From NCBI GenBank assembly GCA_964035545.1, contig OZ037772.1, forward strand, positions 4,778,233 through 4,842,232: a DNA stretch of 64,000 nucleotides. The letters run 5' to 3'. The notes below the pieces were generated by a model that saw only the letters and a program-made list of their open reading frames with translations, was not told the origin of the DNA and searched no databases. Positions within the stretch are counted from its first letter, which is position 1; every line of letters begins with the position of its first letter. The stretch is from Bugula neritina (taxonomy: Eukaryota; Animalia; Bryozoa). The position numbers were made by a program, and so were the translations under genes. This document shows, one piece after another, positions 46,306 to 59,887 of the stretch.

Positions 46306-48584
46306 ATAAATTTGGATGCAGGCTTTATAAAAATACCTGAGTATCTAAATTGGCATGTCTTTGGTTTTTGTACAGCTCAAAACAAACACTAGATGTTGCT
46401 AAAACCATTGAGCATAGCTGACAAAAAGTGCTTGGAAAAAGTATTCAATATGATTCACACACATCACTATGTTTGCTAATATTTGTGTGAATTTACTGCA
46501 ATTATAAGTAATGCCAGCAAGTTTCTTTTTTAAACTATATATATTATTAACCAGTTTCATATTCTACTAACTTAAATAATTATATAGTGTCAGCTTTTAA
46601 AAAGGACTATCAGCTTAGTTAATGTTCCAAATTAATGAGATAATTTACCTTCCAAATATGTTATAAGGCTGCATATTCAGGACCAATATTTTGTTATCTA
46701 TATAATCTGTTAGAGTCATATTAAACTTTATACCACTATGATAAGATGTTACGTGTTATTATTATCATTAGCTCTTAGCATACAATTGTTCTACTTGCTG
46801 TTATTTTGTATCCCTACCCTTATACTTGATGTATGTTACTATTTGGACTCTATTATTAATTCTGTCTGTTTGAACTCTGATACTATTGTTTAGTGTGCTT
46901 TGCTATATAATTAAAAAATTCAAATTTTTTTTAAAACTTATATGCCTATTTCTTGTGAACAAAATATAATATTATGTGAAAAGTCACAGTTCAAGAAGTT
47001 TCTAGTTCTTCACAGTTGACTTTTTATAAAGTTGAAACAGCAATTTGAATGACTATCAATTTGAAATCTAACACTTTACTAAAATGGCAACAATTATGAC
47101 AACATATTATGACTGTATATAACATAGTAGTTCCTATATCCCTGGATTTTTAGTAGACCATTGGAATCTTAGGAAAGTTTACTGTATGCATGGAGTTGTT
47201 TGTTATTACTGCATGAATCAGACGATGATTGACAACGGTATAATGTCATGTTCTGTATATATATACATATGAGATATGGATATTTACAAATAGAGAGATA
47301 GTTTTAGCCCTCTTAACCAAATGTAGTTTCTCCAGCATAAAGATAATAGCTGCTGCAACTAACACAAAATAAAAACCATCCTCATGTCTCTACCAGAGAT
47401 GATGTCCTGAGCTGAACTTGTCCACCTTAAAAGGATACTTAAAGAATTGCAGATTCTGAGCTAAGGTAGAGATATTCACCAATGGGGTCGAAGGTTGTAA
47501 AACTAAAATTCTGTTTATTCAGATAAAATATGGTTCTGGTGTACCATGTTACTCAAATTCTGATAGTCACGGCTGCATTGTTGTATAATACCATGCTACT
47601 TTAATTCCGATATAGAGCATTTGACAGCTATACTCCTACATGGCCATATAATCTATAGGCTCCAATGCTTTTCAGTAAAATTATTGTTATATCTACTGGT
47701 TAAGGAGCTCCTGCATCACTGGACACAGTTCATTGTGTCTTCCTGTATAACATTAGCTGTTGCATGTCTGATCATTACTTCTAAGACAATGGTTACTGTA
47801 GTCTAACATGATTAGTATCGACTGGGTGTATAATAATTACAGTAATATGTGCTAGCTTTATACATCCACATTTTTGTCTGATTTACTTTTAATGAGGCTG
47901 TAAAAGCTGACTAAATATTTTATTGATTTATAGATGACTTGACTAGACTTTAAATAAGATGTTTTTGAGTGTAGAAACATTGTGATGGGCAAGTTTATTA
48001 TGATTGATAAAGTCAGATACATACTTTCTCATTATATAATCAAAGTTTGAAATGAAGCAGAAAACTACAATACATAACTCATATATAAAGTCAATATATA
48101 AGATAGCTAATTCTTGTGTAACACAGCGTAAATATGCGTGGTAGATAACTCCTATGTAAAAAAGAGTGAGTATACATGATGAATAAATCATGTGTAATAC
48201 AGAGTAAATACACTATTGTAATATATAGTCATTATGTATTCACATAATATAGGTAACTATATACTAACTAATACTATAACTATATACTAATCTGTAACAT
48301 ATGGTATAGATGATACATGTATATAAATGTGCATTATACTATAATATTATTACTAAAATGACATGCAAATCGTGTTGGCACAGACTAAAATTTTTAGTGG
48401 TAATGAATCATGTTGATAGAGTTTCCTTGTAAGCTGAAGGTCAGTATATAACACTATGTGCATGTATGTATTCTGTAACCGGCACTATGAGCAGTGTATA
48501 TAGCTAAGAATAGTTTCTAATATATAAGAATATTAGTAATTATGTATATTTATTATAAATATATTTTAGTTTATAGTCATAATC

Positions 48585-48772
48585 CCTGTGAGAAGCCTTT
48601 GATGAAAAAGGTTTTTTCATTAAGGCAAACTAAATATTTATTCAAATGAGGCACAAGAGCAATTATAATTGGATGCTCTTCCTAACATCACATATGGTCT
48701 TTGTCGACGCTTGAACCCATGACCTCTTGTTTATTAAATAAACAATCAAACGCATAGACCATTGCTGCTCTC
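48585..48772 (-). mobile_element. tRNA-derived SINE copy
   Basis: Reverse complement (gcagcaatggtctatgcg...gggttcaagc...cttctcac) is similar to 7308-7490. Confidence 0.6.
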
Positions 48773-49350
48773 TATAGTAATAAGACATAGATTTCACAAA
48801 AATTTAAAAAGGAAATAAAACATGTTTATACCAATTTGTGCTACTTGCTTCTTTGATTTGTGAAAAATAATTATTATCATATCAAAGTTATAACAGTCAA
48901 ACAGGTAAAAACAATATTTACCCACGTGCTTCATTGATGAAGCTTATTAAGATATGATTAGTAAAAATGGTATTGATCTAGCATCAGTTTATACCCAAAT
49001 ACTGTTGCAAAAGTATCAGATAAATAAACCCCTTGTATTTGTATAACATATTCCAAAGTATATATAAATGTTGGCTAATTTTCCAAATAGAAATACTAAC
49101 CAATGCAATATGTTTTTTAATATTGTGCTCAGATTTCCAATAAGCCATTAAAGTTCCTAAAAATTAAATAAGTTTATTATATTATATTATTCAATAAACC
49201 TGCATGGATGTCCATTTCATTTTCCTACTTACCGTGAGTTGCCTTCCTTATGTTACTTTGATATAAATACAAAAGCACTGACATATGCGTGTATAAAAGC
49301 ATGTCCACAAGCACAAAGAGGCACACACCGAGATACACCTGTAAACAAAG

Positions 49351-49412
49351 ACACACACACTCACACTCACACACACACACACACTCACACGCACACTCAC
49401 ACGCGCCTACAC
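49351..49412. repeat. Imperfect (CA)n microsatellite
   Basis: Directly visible. Confidence 0.9.
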
Positions 49413-49710
49413 CATTAATTTCACACCTAAGTCAGACCTAATTTAGACTCAATTCACACCACTTTGCACCTGGTACCCAGTATATATACACTCAAATAAC
49501 CTTTTATACTAGGGTGCAGAAATTGTGGGATGAAAGTAATAAACAGAGCTATGTTGTGTTTAAAACTAATTCAATATGTAATCTTTTCATGGCTGTCATT
49601 CATTTAGTGATGAGTGTTTGCAGCATCGTTTTATAATTCTATAAGCCACATAAAAATGTTTCTAATAATCTCAGAAAGTTATAACAAGCAAACATATTGA
49701 ATTTGGCCAA

Positions 49711-52670
49711 CACTGAGTATTATGTTGTATTAGACGACACTTTCTTCACCATCAAGGTGTAATAAATTTTCGTTCATTGTCTCTTCTAATATAAAATAAA
49801 ATCATATATATTATATGACTGCTCCTTTAACCTAACTAGACTTGTTCTTTCACTAAATGCACTACATTATTGTTTTCACAATACAGAGCTATCGAGCCTT
49901 CCATTAAAACGAGGTTTCCCAATTGCAACTTTTGCTTTTGCTACTCCTTTACACAGACCGTGCTCATTCTATCCTCTTAAATTGTTTCAGCTCATTCTAT
50001 GATGTATTTAGTCCTGTTCAATACTAAATATGTTGACCAAAGTGAATATTATCTTTTCCTTTTAATTTATATTTATATTTAGCAATATAAAAATCTGAAA
50101 AGCAAAATTCATCTTTCAAAGCAGATGTTTACTTATTCATCACAAACTAAGATTTTTCCAATCTGCTTCAGCTACGAATAGTGACAAAGGGTATGACTTC
50201 ACTGCATTTTGATTTTTTTAAACAGATCCATATGTTAATATCTTGTTTATCTAAAGACCACTTTAGGAATCAGAATGTAGATTGCAGTTTATTGGCAAAC
50301 TCCTTCAAATTGTTTTTGAGAGACCGAAGAAGTCAAACATTTAACTTGGCATAGATTATTGACATTCTGAGTGATGTACAAGTATGAATTGTTTTATTAG
50401 TTTGTATATTGCATGATGATTACATACAAATGGAATTAATTTCATACACTGAACTAACTCTTTAGTTTGAGTTATGAGAGTTTATTGATTTTGAACTCTT
50501 TTTCTTATCCAATTGTTAGTTGGCATTTATTCCTAGCAATATATTTCCACTAACAAATTATCTATACACAAGTTAACATGAGTGAATTATTTGCAGTCCA
50601 AAACGTTTTGTAACAACATTTGGGTCTTATCCGTTCAATAATTACTTATCTTTTAGAATAAATTATAAAAATAAATTTTACGAGTTTTAGGAGTTTTATC
50701 ATATCAAAATTTACATTGTGAAACTAAAATTTAAGTAATGTGGATACAGATTAGTGGTTATATTGAAAAAACATGATGGTATAATCTAAATAAATGAGTT
50801 ATGTTAGGCAAGTCAATAACAATGTTTATCAATTTTTAGACTCTTTTTAAACTTTTGATAAAACAATGTATGTTATATCTAATTTTTAATTTCTTAGCTG
50901 ATTTTTATTACTCGCTGCTTATATTTTGGAGAAAGTTGGCTATGGAAAAGAACAATTAGAAAAAGACTTCTATTTAAAAAACATGCAGTTCACCAATAGA
51001 CAACTGGAAAGTAGACATTTGGGAAATGAAAAATTTTCAACATAGACTGGTTATGCAGGAGAAGACGTTTAGCATCCGACCAGGTTTAAAATAGCTTTTA
51101 ACAAAAAATATAAATTTTTAATCAGTTAGGTCTATAATGAACATTCAATTAGTTACCTAATAGTTTCCATTTTAAATTGTAACATTATGCAAAAAACTAT
51201 TTCAGACTTGACCAGATGCTGAATGCTTTCTCCCGACTGGTCCATGTTTAACATTTTAATAATGGTCGACACAAAGTATTATGTTGTATTAGACGATAGC
51301 TTTTTATCATCAATATGTAATAGTTTTTCTTGATTGTTTCTTCCAATATAAAATAATATCTTATATTAAATGAATGCTCTTCTAACCAAACTACTTGTTC
51401 TTACAGTGTATTCACTACAATTTTGTTTTCACACCATATACCTATTGAGCTTAGCTTCTATCATAATGAGGTTTCCAAATTGCAACTCCTGCTTTTGCTA
51501 TACTCTTTTCACTAAACTATGTTGATTTTATCATGTTTAATTTTTCAGCTCATTCAATAGCGCATTAAGTTTTTTGCAATATTAATTAAGTTGACCGAAG
51601 TAAGTATTCCCTTTATTGTAAATTTATACATTTAATTTGCAATATAAAAACCTGAAAAGCAATTAATATCTTGCTTTAAAACAGATATTTACTTATTCAT
51701 CACAAACTAAGATTTTTTAATCTACATCAGCTACGAATAGTCACAAAGGGTATGACTTTACTGCATTTTGATTTTGTCAAACAGGTTCATGCTAATATCT
51801 CGTTTATCTGAATACCACTTCAGAAATCAAAATTTAGATTGCAAACTATCGGTAGACTCCTTCAAGAGTCCAAAGAAGTCAAACCTTCAACCTGGCACAG
51901 ATTATTGACATAATGAGTGATGTTCAAGTATGAAATGTTTTAATAGTTTGTATATTGCATGATTATTGCATACAAATGAAATTAATTTCATTCACTAAAC
52001 TAACTCTCTAGTTAGAGTTATGAGAGTTTATTGATTTTGAACTATATTTCTTATCCACTTGTTAATTGGCATTTAATCCTAACAACATATTTCTACTAGC
52101 AAGTTATCTATACACAAGTTAACATGAGTGAATTATGTGCAGTCCAAGATGCTCTGTAACAACATTTAGGTCTTCTTTGTTCAATTATTACGAATTTTTT
52201 GCAATAATTTATAAAAATATATTTTACAAGTTTTCAGATTTATTATCACACCAAAATTAACATTGTGAAACTAAAATTTAAACTTTTGATAAAGCAGTAT
52301 ATCTGAGGTTCTTTAGTTGCTAATTTTTTATTTTCTCAGCTGATTTTTATTACTCGCTGCTTATATTTTGGAGAAAGTTGGCTATAAAATATAACAATTG
52401 GAAAAACACTTCTATTTAAAAAGAAGTGCAATTCGCCAATAGACAACTGGAAAATTGACATGTGGGGAATGAAGAATGTTCAACATAGAAACGGCGTTTA
52501 GCGTCCTGCCAGGTTCAAGATAGCTTTTAACAAAAATTATAAAGACTAAATCAGTTAAGCCCATGAGGAAAGAATAATTAGTTATCGAATAGTTTCAATT
52601 AAATTGCACTATTTTGAATCCGACCAGACTCTGAATGCTTTTTATTGACCAGTCTATGTTTAATATTTTT
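49711..52670. repeat. Direct tandem duplication, non-coding (~49711-51258 and ~51269-52670)
   Basis: Collinear diverged copies sharing blocks such as agtattatgttgtattagacga, tttacttattcatcacaaactaagattt and gctgatttttattactcgctgcttatattttggagaaagttggc. Confidence 0.9.
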
Positions 52671-53987
52671 CATTTTCTAAATAAGTGTTTTTTAATTTTG
52701 ATTATCTTTCCAATAGTCATGGATTCTTGAAGAAAACTCATTGTAGAAGTTTGAGAGAGCTATCGTTACTGCCTCCCACTACTCTGCTTGTTTATGATTT
52801 ATAAGATTATAACATAAATACATTGGATGTATTACTGAGATTTTCACCATCTTCAAAACATTTGCATTACTACAAGCACTACATAACCCTCAAGTTGTTA
52901 ATAGCTGAAATAATGTAAATTTATGATAGTAATTTGACTTGGAACTGTATACATCTGAGCAGAAGTTAAAGTTGTTAACAGCTAAAATATTATAGGCTGA
53001 AGATTGGAGATTGAAGTTGAACATTTAAACTGGCACTAAAACTATTGACATAATAAGTGATTTACTGAAAAGGGCTGCTTTAATAATATATCATATATGT
53101 CAAATAGAAACGCAATGTTGCTTGCATACAAGTAAAAATTATTTCACACGTACAGCCAACTCTTTAATTAGCAAAAGTTGTACTACTTTTTTTGTGTGTG
53201 TTATTTCTCATGAAAAAAAACTTTGCATTTATTCTTGGCATTTTTTTTTACCTACAGTAAATCAGCTATAGATAACTTCACTTTATATACCAAGGACTCA
53301 TCCACAGTCCCAAATGCCTCCAAACAATATTTGGGTCTCAATTGGTTCAGAATTATGCATCACTCTGTAATTTATAAAGTGAAACTTTGTATTTATGCCA
53401 ATTTTACCAACACGCTGTATAGGAATTTAATAATAAAACTTTGAATCTGCAAGAGATCTGCAATCAAATAGTCTGGATACAGATTGTTGGCACTTGAACT
53501 AAAGATGATTATGTAATCTAAACTATTGGTTGTATCAAACGACCAATAACATTGTTTATCACATTTTGGTTTTGTTGAACTTATTTCAAAACAGCGTGTT
53601 ACTGTCATTGCTGTAGTGTACTGTACTTTTTATCTTTTCTTCTGTTAAGTGGAGCATTTCTGCATGTGCTAGTGCTTTTGAGAAAAATGAGTTATTTTAA
53701 GTTATTTGCAGAATTTCATATTTGAGATACAATATTTAGGACTTTATTAAAGTATTTCGACAGATTTCAAAGCAAACAAAAAAGGTAGAACTTTCATGAA
53801 AACAAGACCAGCTGGTTTTACACACAACATACAAATATTCATTTACATCACAACTTACAATTAATTGTCAATTTTACTCTAGAAAGAACAAAAGTTAAAA
53901 TATTTTAGTGACTTTAAGCACTTGAATAGCTTATGCAATTCAATAACAATACAACATTCTGGAAATCAAAATAAGATTATGTGGATT

Positions 53988-54031
53988 GTTAGTTGATTCC
54001 TATAGGTCGAATAACTCTGTGAGAACGTGTA
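53988..54031 (-). pseudogene. Truncated GPCR duplicate (last ~14 codons only)
   Basis: Encodes [13 protein letters not shown], identical to the GPCR C-terminus, and ends at the (TA)n tract. Confidence 0.8.
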
Positions 54032-54032
54032 C

Positions 54033-54330
<298 letters not shown>

Positions 54331-55636
54331 GTATGAGAAGCATAATACTATATATATTATAGTATGAGAAGTATAATACTAGGTCAAACTTGTCCAGCTG
54401 TGGTAATATATTGAAAAGCCTCATTGAGTTTAAATATTCAATTAATTTAGGAAATATTGTGCAATTTTATGTTCTTGAAATTAATAGATTTTCTTCAATT
54501 TTATATACACTGTTTCATAAACATAGTGTATTGCAGCTTTTTTAAACGGACCCTTAAGCAAATGTCAAATTTGTCTGAAAACACTTTCAGCAATAGAATT
54601 GCAGATTGCAATTTATTGATAAACTTCTTCAACTTGCTTCTGACAACCATAAACGTTGAACATGTAAATTGGCACTGAAATTATTGACATAATAAGTCAT
54701 GTACTAAAATGGGTTGATTTACTAGTATATGATATATATCTAATAGAAACGCAATGTTGCCTGCATACAAGTAAAACTTATTTTATGCATACAACCAACC
54801 CTTTAATTGACAAAATTGTAGTATTTTTTTATTTTGCATTTAATGTTAGCAATTTTTTTTCGCCTACAGTCAATCAGCTATAGATTACTAAATTTTACAC
54901 CAATGACTCATCCACAGTTCCAGATGCTCTAAAAGAACATTTGGGTCTCAGCTGGTTAAGAATTATGCATCACTCTGTAATTTATAAACTGAAACTTTAT
55001 ACTTATGCCAGTTTTACCAACACTCTGTAGGACTTGAATAGTAAAGCTTTGAATCTGTAACAGATCTGCAATCAAACAGTCTGGATACAGATTGTTGGAA
55101 CTTGAACTAAAGATGATAATAATATAATCTAAAATATTGACTGTATCAAGCAATCCGATAACATTGTTTATCACGTTTCAGGTTTTTTGAACTTATGATA
55201 AAACAGTGTTCTACTGTCATTGCTATAGTGTACTGTGTTTTTTATCTTTTCTTCTGTTGATTGTTAAATTCCTGCATGTGCTAGTGCTTTTGAGAAAAAG
55301 GAGTTATTTTGAGTTATTCACAGAATTTCATATTTGAGATACAATATTTAGCACTTTATTAAAGTATTTCAACAGATTTCAAAGCAAATAAAGAAGACAA
55401 CTTCAAATAGAATTTTCATGAAAACATGATCAGCTAGTTTTACATACAACATATAAATATTCATTCACATCACAACTCACAATCGACAGCATTTGCGACA
55501 ACAGTTAATTCTCGATTTTACTTCAGAAAGAACAAAAAGTTAAAATATTTTAGTGACTTTAAGCATTTGAATAGCTTATGCAATTCAATAACAATACAAC
55601 ATTCTGGAAATCAAAATAAGATAATGTGGATAATTG

Positions 55637-56599
55637 TTAGTTGATTCCTATAGGTCGAATAACTCTGTGAGAACGTGTACCTATTCTTAAAATGTTTCTC
55701 ACATGATCAATGTATTTTGGATGAAAATAAATAAACATGAAAACATTCACAATCCCATACAATGAAAACAGACTTGCACTGACTGTCTCTAATACAACAG
55801 CTAATTTTGCAAGAAAACTAAAACTCTGACAAATGAGAAATACGACACCGAGCGAAAAATGAAGTTGATAAAGCAGATAACTCCATATAATATATTTACT
55901 GGCTGATATCACCAACTCATCTCCTGGTAAATTTCTTTGAGCCATTAGCTTCAGTTTTTTCCATACTTTGACAAGGAAAAAAGATGTAATGAATGACAGA
56001 GCTAGGAGCTCGAGTGCATACAAGATATACACTACACTGTATCCCCTCTCTCTTGACACAACTTGTATTGCTATCGCAGTCCAACAGAATTCTACTGTTG
56101 GTATCATATTAAGTGCAAAACAGTTTAACACTCCTAGAAGATAAATTGTTCCAGTCATAGACTTTATATTGTTAATGAAAAGGTGTGTGCCATATCTGTA
56201 TGGGTGACACACTCCAATATATTTCTCAACGCTTGAAACTAGAAACACAAGAACTCTTGAAAAGGTTCCACATGCGATTATAGAAATTAGAAGTTTTGAA
56301 ACCCAATAAGCTGCTTGTACACCGAGCTGTAAAACAATTTCTTTAAGTTTACAACTGAAGAACACAGCATCCGAAATGCTGTATGTTATGTCAGATAAAC
56401 CGATGTTTACCAAAACCCAGAAAAATTTGGTTCTCTTAAGTTCTTTCATTCGGTTGAGTATAATGAGATGCAAGACATTGACAATAATAGAGAGGCAGTT
56501 TATTCCATCATTAATCTGTACAAATGAGTGGTAACACTTCTCTGTCTCATTGTGACATGGTAAAATCTCGTCATATGATGAGGTGTTGTTTCCTTCCAT
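55637..56599 (-). CDS. Rhodopsin-like (class A) orphan 7TM GPCR, 320 aa, single coding exon
   Basis: Seven hydrophobic segments, N-glycosylation sequons in the N-terminus (NNTS, NET), TM1 Asn, TM2 LSD, ECL1 Cys, TM3 SVEKYIGVCHP. A splice acceptor (ttgctatag) lies 3 nt upstream of the ATG. Confidence 0.88.
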   Translation of the reverse strand: MEGNNTSSYDEILPCHNETEKCYHSFVQINDGINCLSIIVNVLHLIILNRMKELKRTKFFWVLVNIGLSDITYSISDAVFFSCKLKEIVLQLGVQAAYWVSKLLISIIACGTFSRVLVFLVSSVEKYIGVCHPYRYGTHLFINNIKSMTGTIYLLGVLNCFALNMIPTVEFCWTAIAIQVVSRERGYSVVYILYALELLALSFITSFFLVKVWKKLKLMAQRNLPGDELVISASKYIIWSYLLYQLHFSLGVVFLICQSFSFLAKLAVVLETVSASLFSLYGIVNVFMFIYFHPKYIDHVRNILRIGTRSHRVIRPIGIN

Positions 56600-56671
56600 T
56601 TTCTATAGCAAGAGAAAATATATAATTAGTAAATCCACAAAATGATATGTATATACAAACTAACTATATAT

Positions 56672-57850
56672 TCTTATTTTATATATTACGCAGGTCAAAA
56701 ATTATACTGATTGTTTTGCATAAAAAATAAATTAGAGTTGACAAAAAAAAATATAGATATCCAAGTATAAAAATGGCAAGAATTAGTGAAACTATGCGAG
56801 AGTTGAGTAGTGTGGAGCTATTGATATAGTTTTAGTGGTATGGAGTAATTTTGTTTATTTAGTTGCGGTTTTATTTGTTTAATGTAGAGAGCTTCGGCTA
56901 CTTTTCGATGGTGGATTCCTTTAAATGAATGATTTAAAACTGTTACATTGTCTATTGATATGTTTCCATGATTAGTGGTGGAAGAGTGTTGGTGACGGAC
57001 TACTTAGTGAAAAAGACAACAGGAAACACATTTTACTCCAGCTGCCTTATAAAGGAGTAACAGGAGAAAAACTAATCCGCTCCCTCAATAAATTAATTAC
57101 AGACTCTTTTTCAAATGAACTCAATGCCCGGATTTTATTTAAAGGAACCCCCTTAAGTTCACATTTTAATCTCAAAGATAAAACCAATAAAGAACACATT
57201 CACAACCTAGTCTACAAAATAACCTGCCCTGAAGCTACCTGTCAACAAACATATGTAGGCGAAACCGGACGTCGCCTATCACACAGGATACATGAACACT
57301 GCCATGACATCAATTCCAAAATTTATCAACACTCTTCCACCACTAATCATGGAAACATATCAATAGACAATGTAACAGTTTTAAATCATTCATTTAAAGG
57401 AATCCACCATCGAAAAGTAGCCGAAGCTCTCTACATTGAACAAATAAAACCGCAACTAAATAAACAAAATTACTCCATACCACTAAAACTATATCAATAG
57501 CTCCACACTACTCAACTCTCGCATAGTTTCACTAATTCTTGCCATTTTTATACTTGGATATCTATATTTTTTTTGTCAACTCTAATTTATTTTTTATGCA
57601 AAACAATCAGTATAATTTTTGACCTGCGTAATATATAAAATAAGATTCTCTCCCTAAGTTTCAATAATTTACAATAACTGCCACTCTCTACTCTTTGTGT
57701 CATGCATAACGTCTAACGTAACATAATAATTTTTGAATTTCATTCATTGCTACTCTGAAGATGGGTACAGTGGTACCCGAAATATTAGTAGAATTATTTT
57801 ACCTATAATAAAGTAATAAATCAACAATGTTTCTCGTATACCTATTTATA
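56672..57850 (+). mobile_element. Penelope-like element: inverted pLTR segment, GIY-YIG endonuclease 3' ORF (56994-57500) and 3' pLTR
   Basis: Open frame LQLPYKG...KDK...HNLVYKITCPEATCQQTYVGETGRRLSHRIHEH...SKIYQH...RKVAEALYI...PQLNKQ. 56672-56991 is a near-perfect inverted copy of 57327-57645. The element ends in (TA)n. Confidence 0.92.
57750..57791 (+). ncRNA. Minimal type I hammerhead ribozyme in the Penelope pLTR
   Basis: Stem I ctact/agtag, core CUGAAGA, stem II gggtac/gtaccc, GAAA, palindromic mini stem III (aauauu), predicted cleavage after 57786. Confidence 0.8.
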
Positions 57851-58053
57851 ATATATATATATATATAGGTAACTTTAGAGAAGAATAAAGATATTCCCCA
57901 CAAAGAAGCTGTCAGGCAAAGTAATATATCAAGCAACTGTAGAAGCTGCTAAAATTTTTGAAAAGCTTTTTAAAAATAAAATTTAATAGAAAATACATTT
58001 AAATGCTATTAACTAGTTCATTTGAGGCCAAACGATTTTGTAAGTTGTTAGCA

Positions 58054-58812
58054 CACAGGATAGTTGAGGGCAACCTTTTAGCTTCAACTGCCTTGCTGAA
58101 ATTTGCATTGTAATCATATAAGAATTCAGTACCAGTAAAATAAAATCTCACCTAATTATGCTAGTGTCAAAATTTAAAAACTATGCTGTAGATCTTCTTT
58201 TTCTCCAGGGTAACTTTTCTGGAAATTTTAATTTTCATTTTTTTTTGCAAAGTTATACACAAAAAAACTGCCCAATTTTGGCCAATTTTGCCTGAAAAGC
58301 TGACTTTTCAGTACCAGTAAAATATCTCAGCAGCAAAGCATGATATCTGAATAAAAATTGCACTGCTGGAATCCTGAGATATTTTTCCAGTGTAAATTTT
58401 TTTCTTTTTCCAATAGCTCTTCTAGATTGCCCACTAATTGGTGATTTATACACTTAAAATGCCATATTTTTTCATAGTAAATTAGCAACGCGCAGTGCTT
58501 CACGCTTCAATGAGCACGTAGGGATGAGAAGATATTGGCGCGTACATGCTAATTATAGGCTTTGCTAGCCGACAGGCTACAATGAATAGCTAGCTCGGTG
58601 CTTGGTTTATGTAGCGCCTATAATGGAATGTAGATATATAACACAGCCCTAATGAAGGTTGCTGCTTACTGGTTGTAGTTTGACCTCAGGCTAAACAATT
58701 GCAAGTAAGCAACACGCAAGCCACCCGCAGGGTAGTATTATTCAAGAACCTAAACTACATTTTGAGAGAAATTTATGATATTCTTAGTGAAGATGCCCTT
58801 AACTATCCTGTT
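58054..58812 (+). mobile_element. MITE copy 6
   Basis: cacaggatagttgagggcaacc ... gatgcccttaactatcctgt; collinear with copies 1 and 3. Confidence 0.9.
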
Positions 58813-58879
58813 TAACAAAATCAAAACGAATGCCAGTGGTTGACGACAAGTTTCAGGACAAACTCAAACAAGACGAAAT

Positions 58880-59110
58880 ATTGTGTAATTCTGAAAGTGG
58901 TGACCTAAAGGTCAATGAAGGAGACCCAAAGCTTTTATATGCCTTTCATGACATCATCCAAGAAGCCTGGAACATTGCTACAGTTCCTTAATAAAAAGGC
59001 AATAAACAAAGTATACCTTTGTGCATAATATTAATAGATGTTACTAACGCGTTTGACAACTTTGACCAGACTACTCTGTGGAAGATGCTCTGGAAACTGA
59101 TACCACCAGA
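58880..59110 (+). mobile_element. Internally deleted RTE-like RT remnant (duplicated at ~62670-62900)
   Basis: GDPKLLYAFHDIIQEAWNIATVP and LCIILIDVTNAFDNFDQTTLWKML resemble RTE RT motifs. Confidence 0.55.
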
Positions 59111-59307
59111 TCAAACTTTGTATTGTACTACTGACAACGTAACACAGCGAGAGAGAACCCTCTGATGCTATGTAACTGACAGAAATAGAATTTCATGAAT
59201 ACTCATTAGTTTAAACATGCGCTACGAACTAGTTGCTTGCCTTCGAAAAATATAGACATGAAGTTTGCAAATTAAATTTCCAAATTTGGCCTTTTTAAAG
59301 ACTTTTT

Positions 59308-59365
59308 CACACACACGCACACGCACACGCACACGCACACACACACACGCACACACACACGCACA
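59308..59365. repeat. (CA)n/(CACACG)n microsatellite
   Basis: Directly visible. Confidence 0.9.
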
Positions 59366-59435
59366 TATATAATGTATAGTCACTTGAGCACTCTGGCTTA
59401 GGTTCTAAATATGTTTTAGTAAAACCATAAGTTTC

Positions 59436-59887
<452 letters not shown>

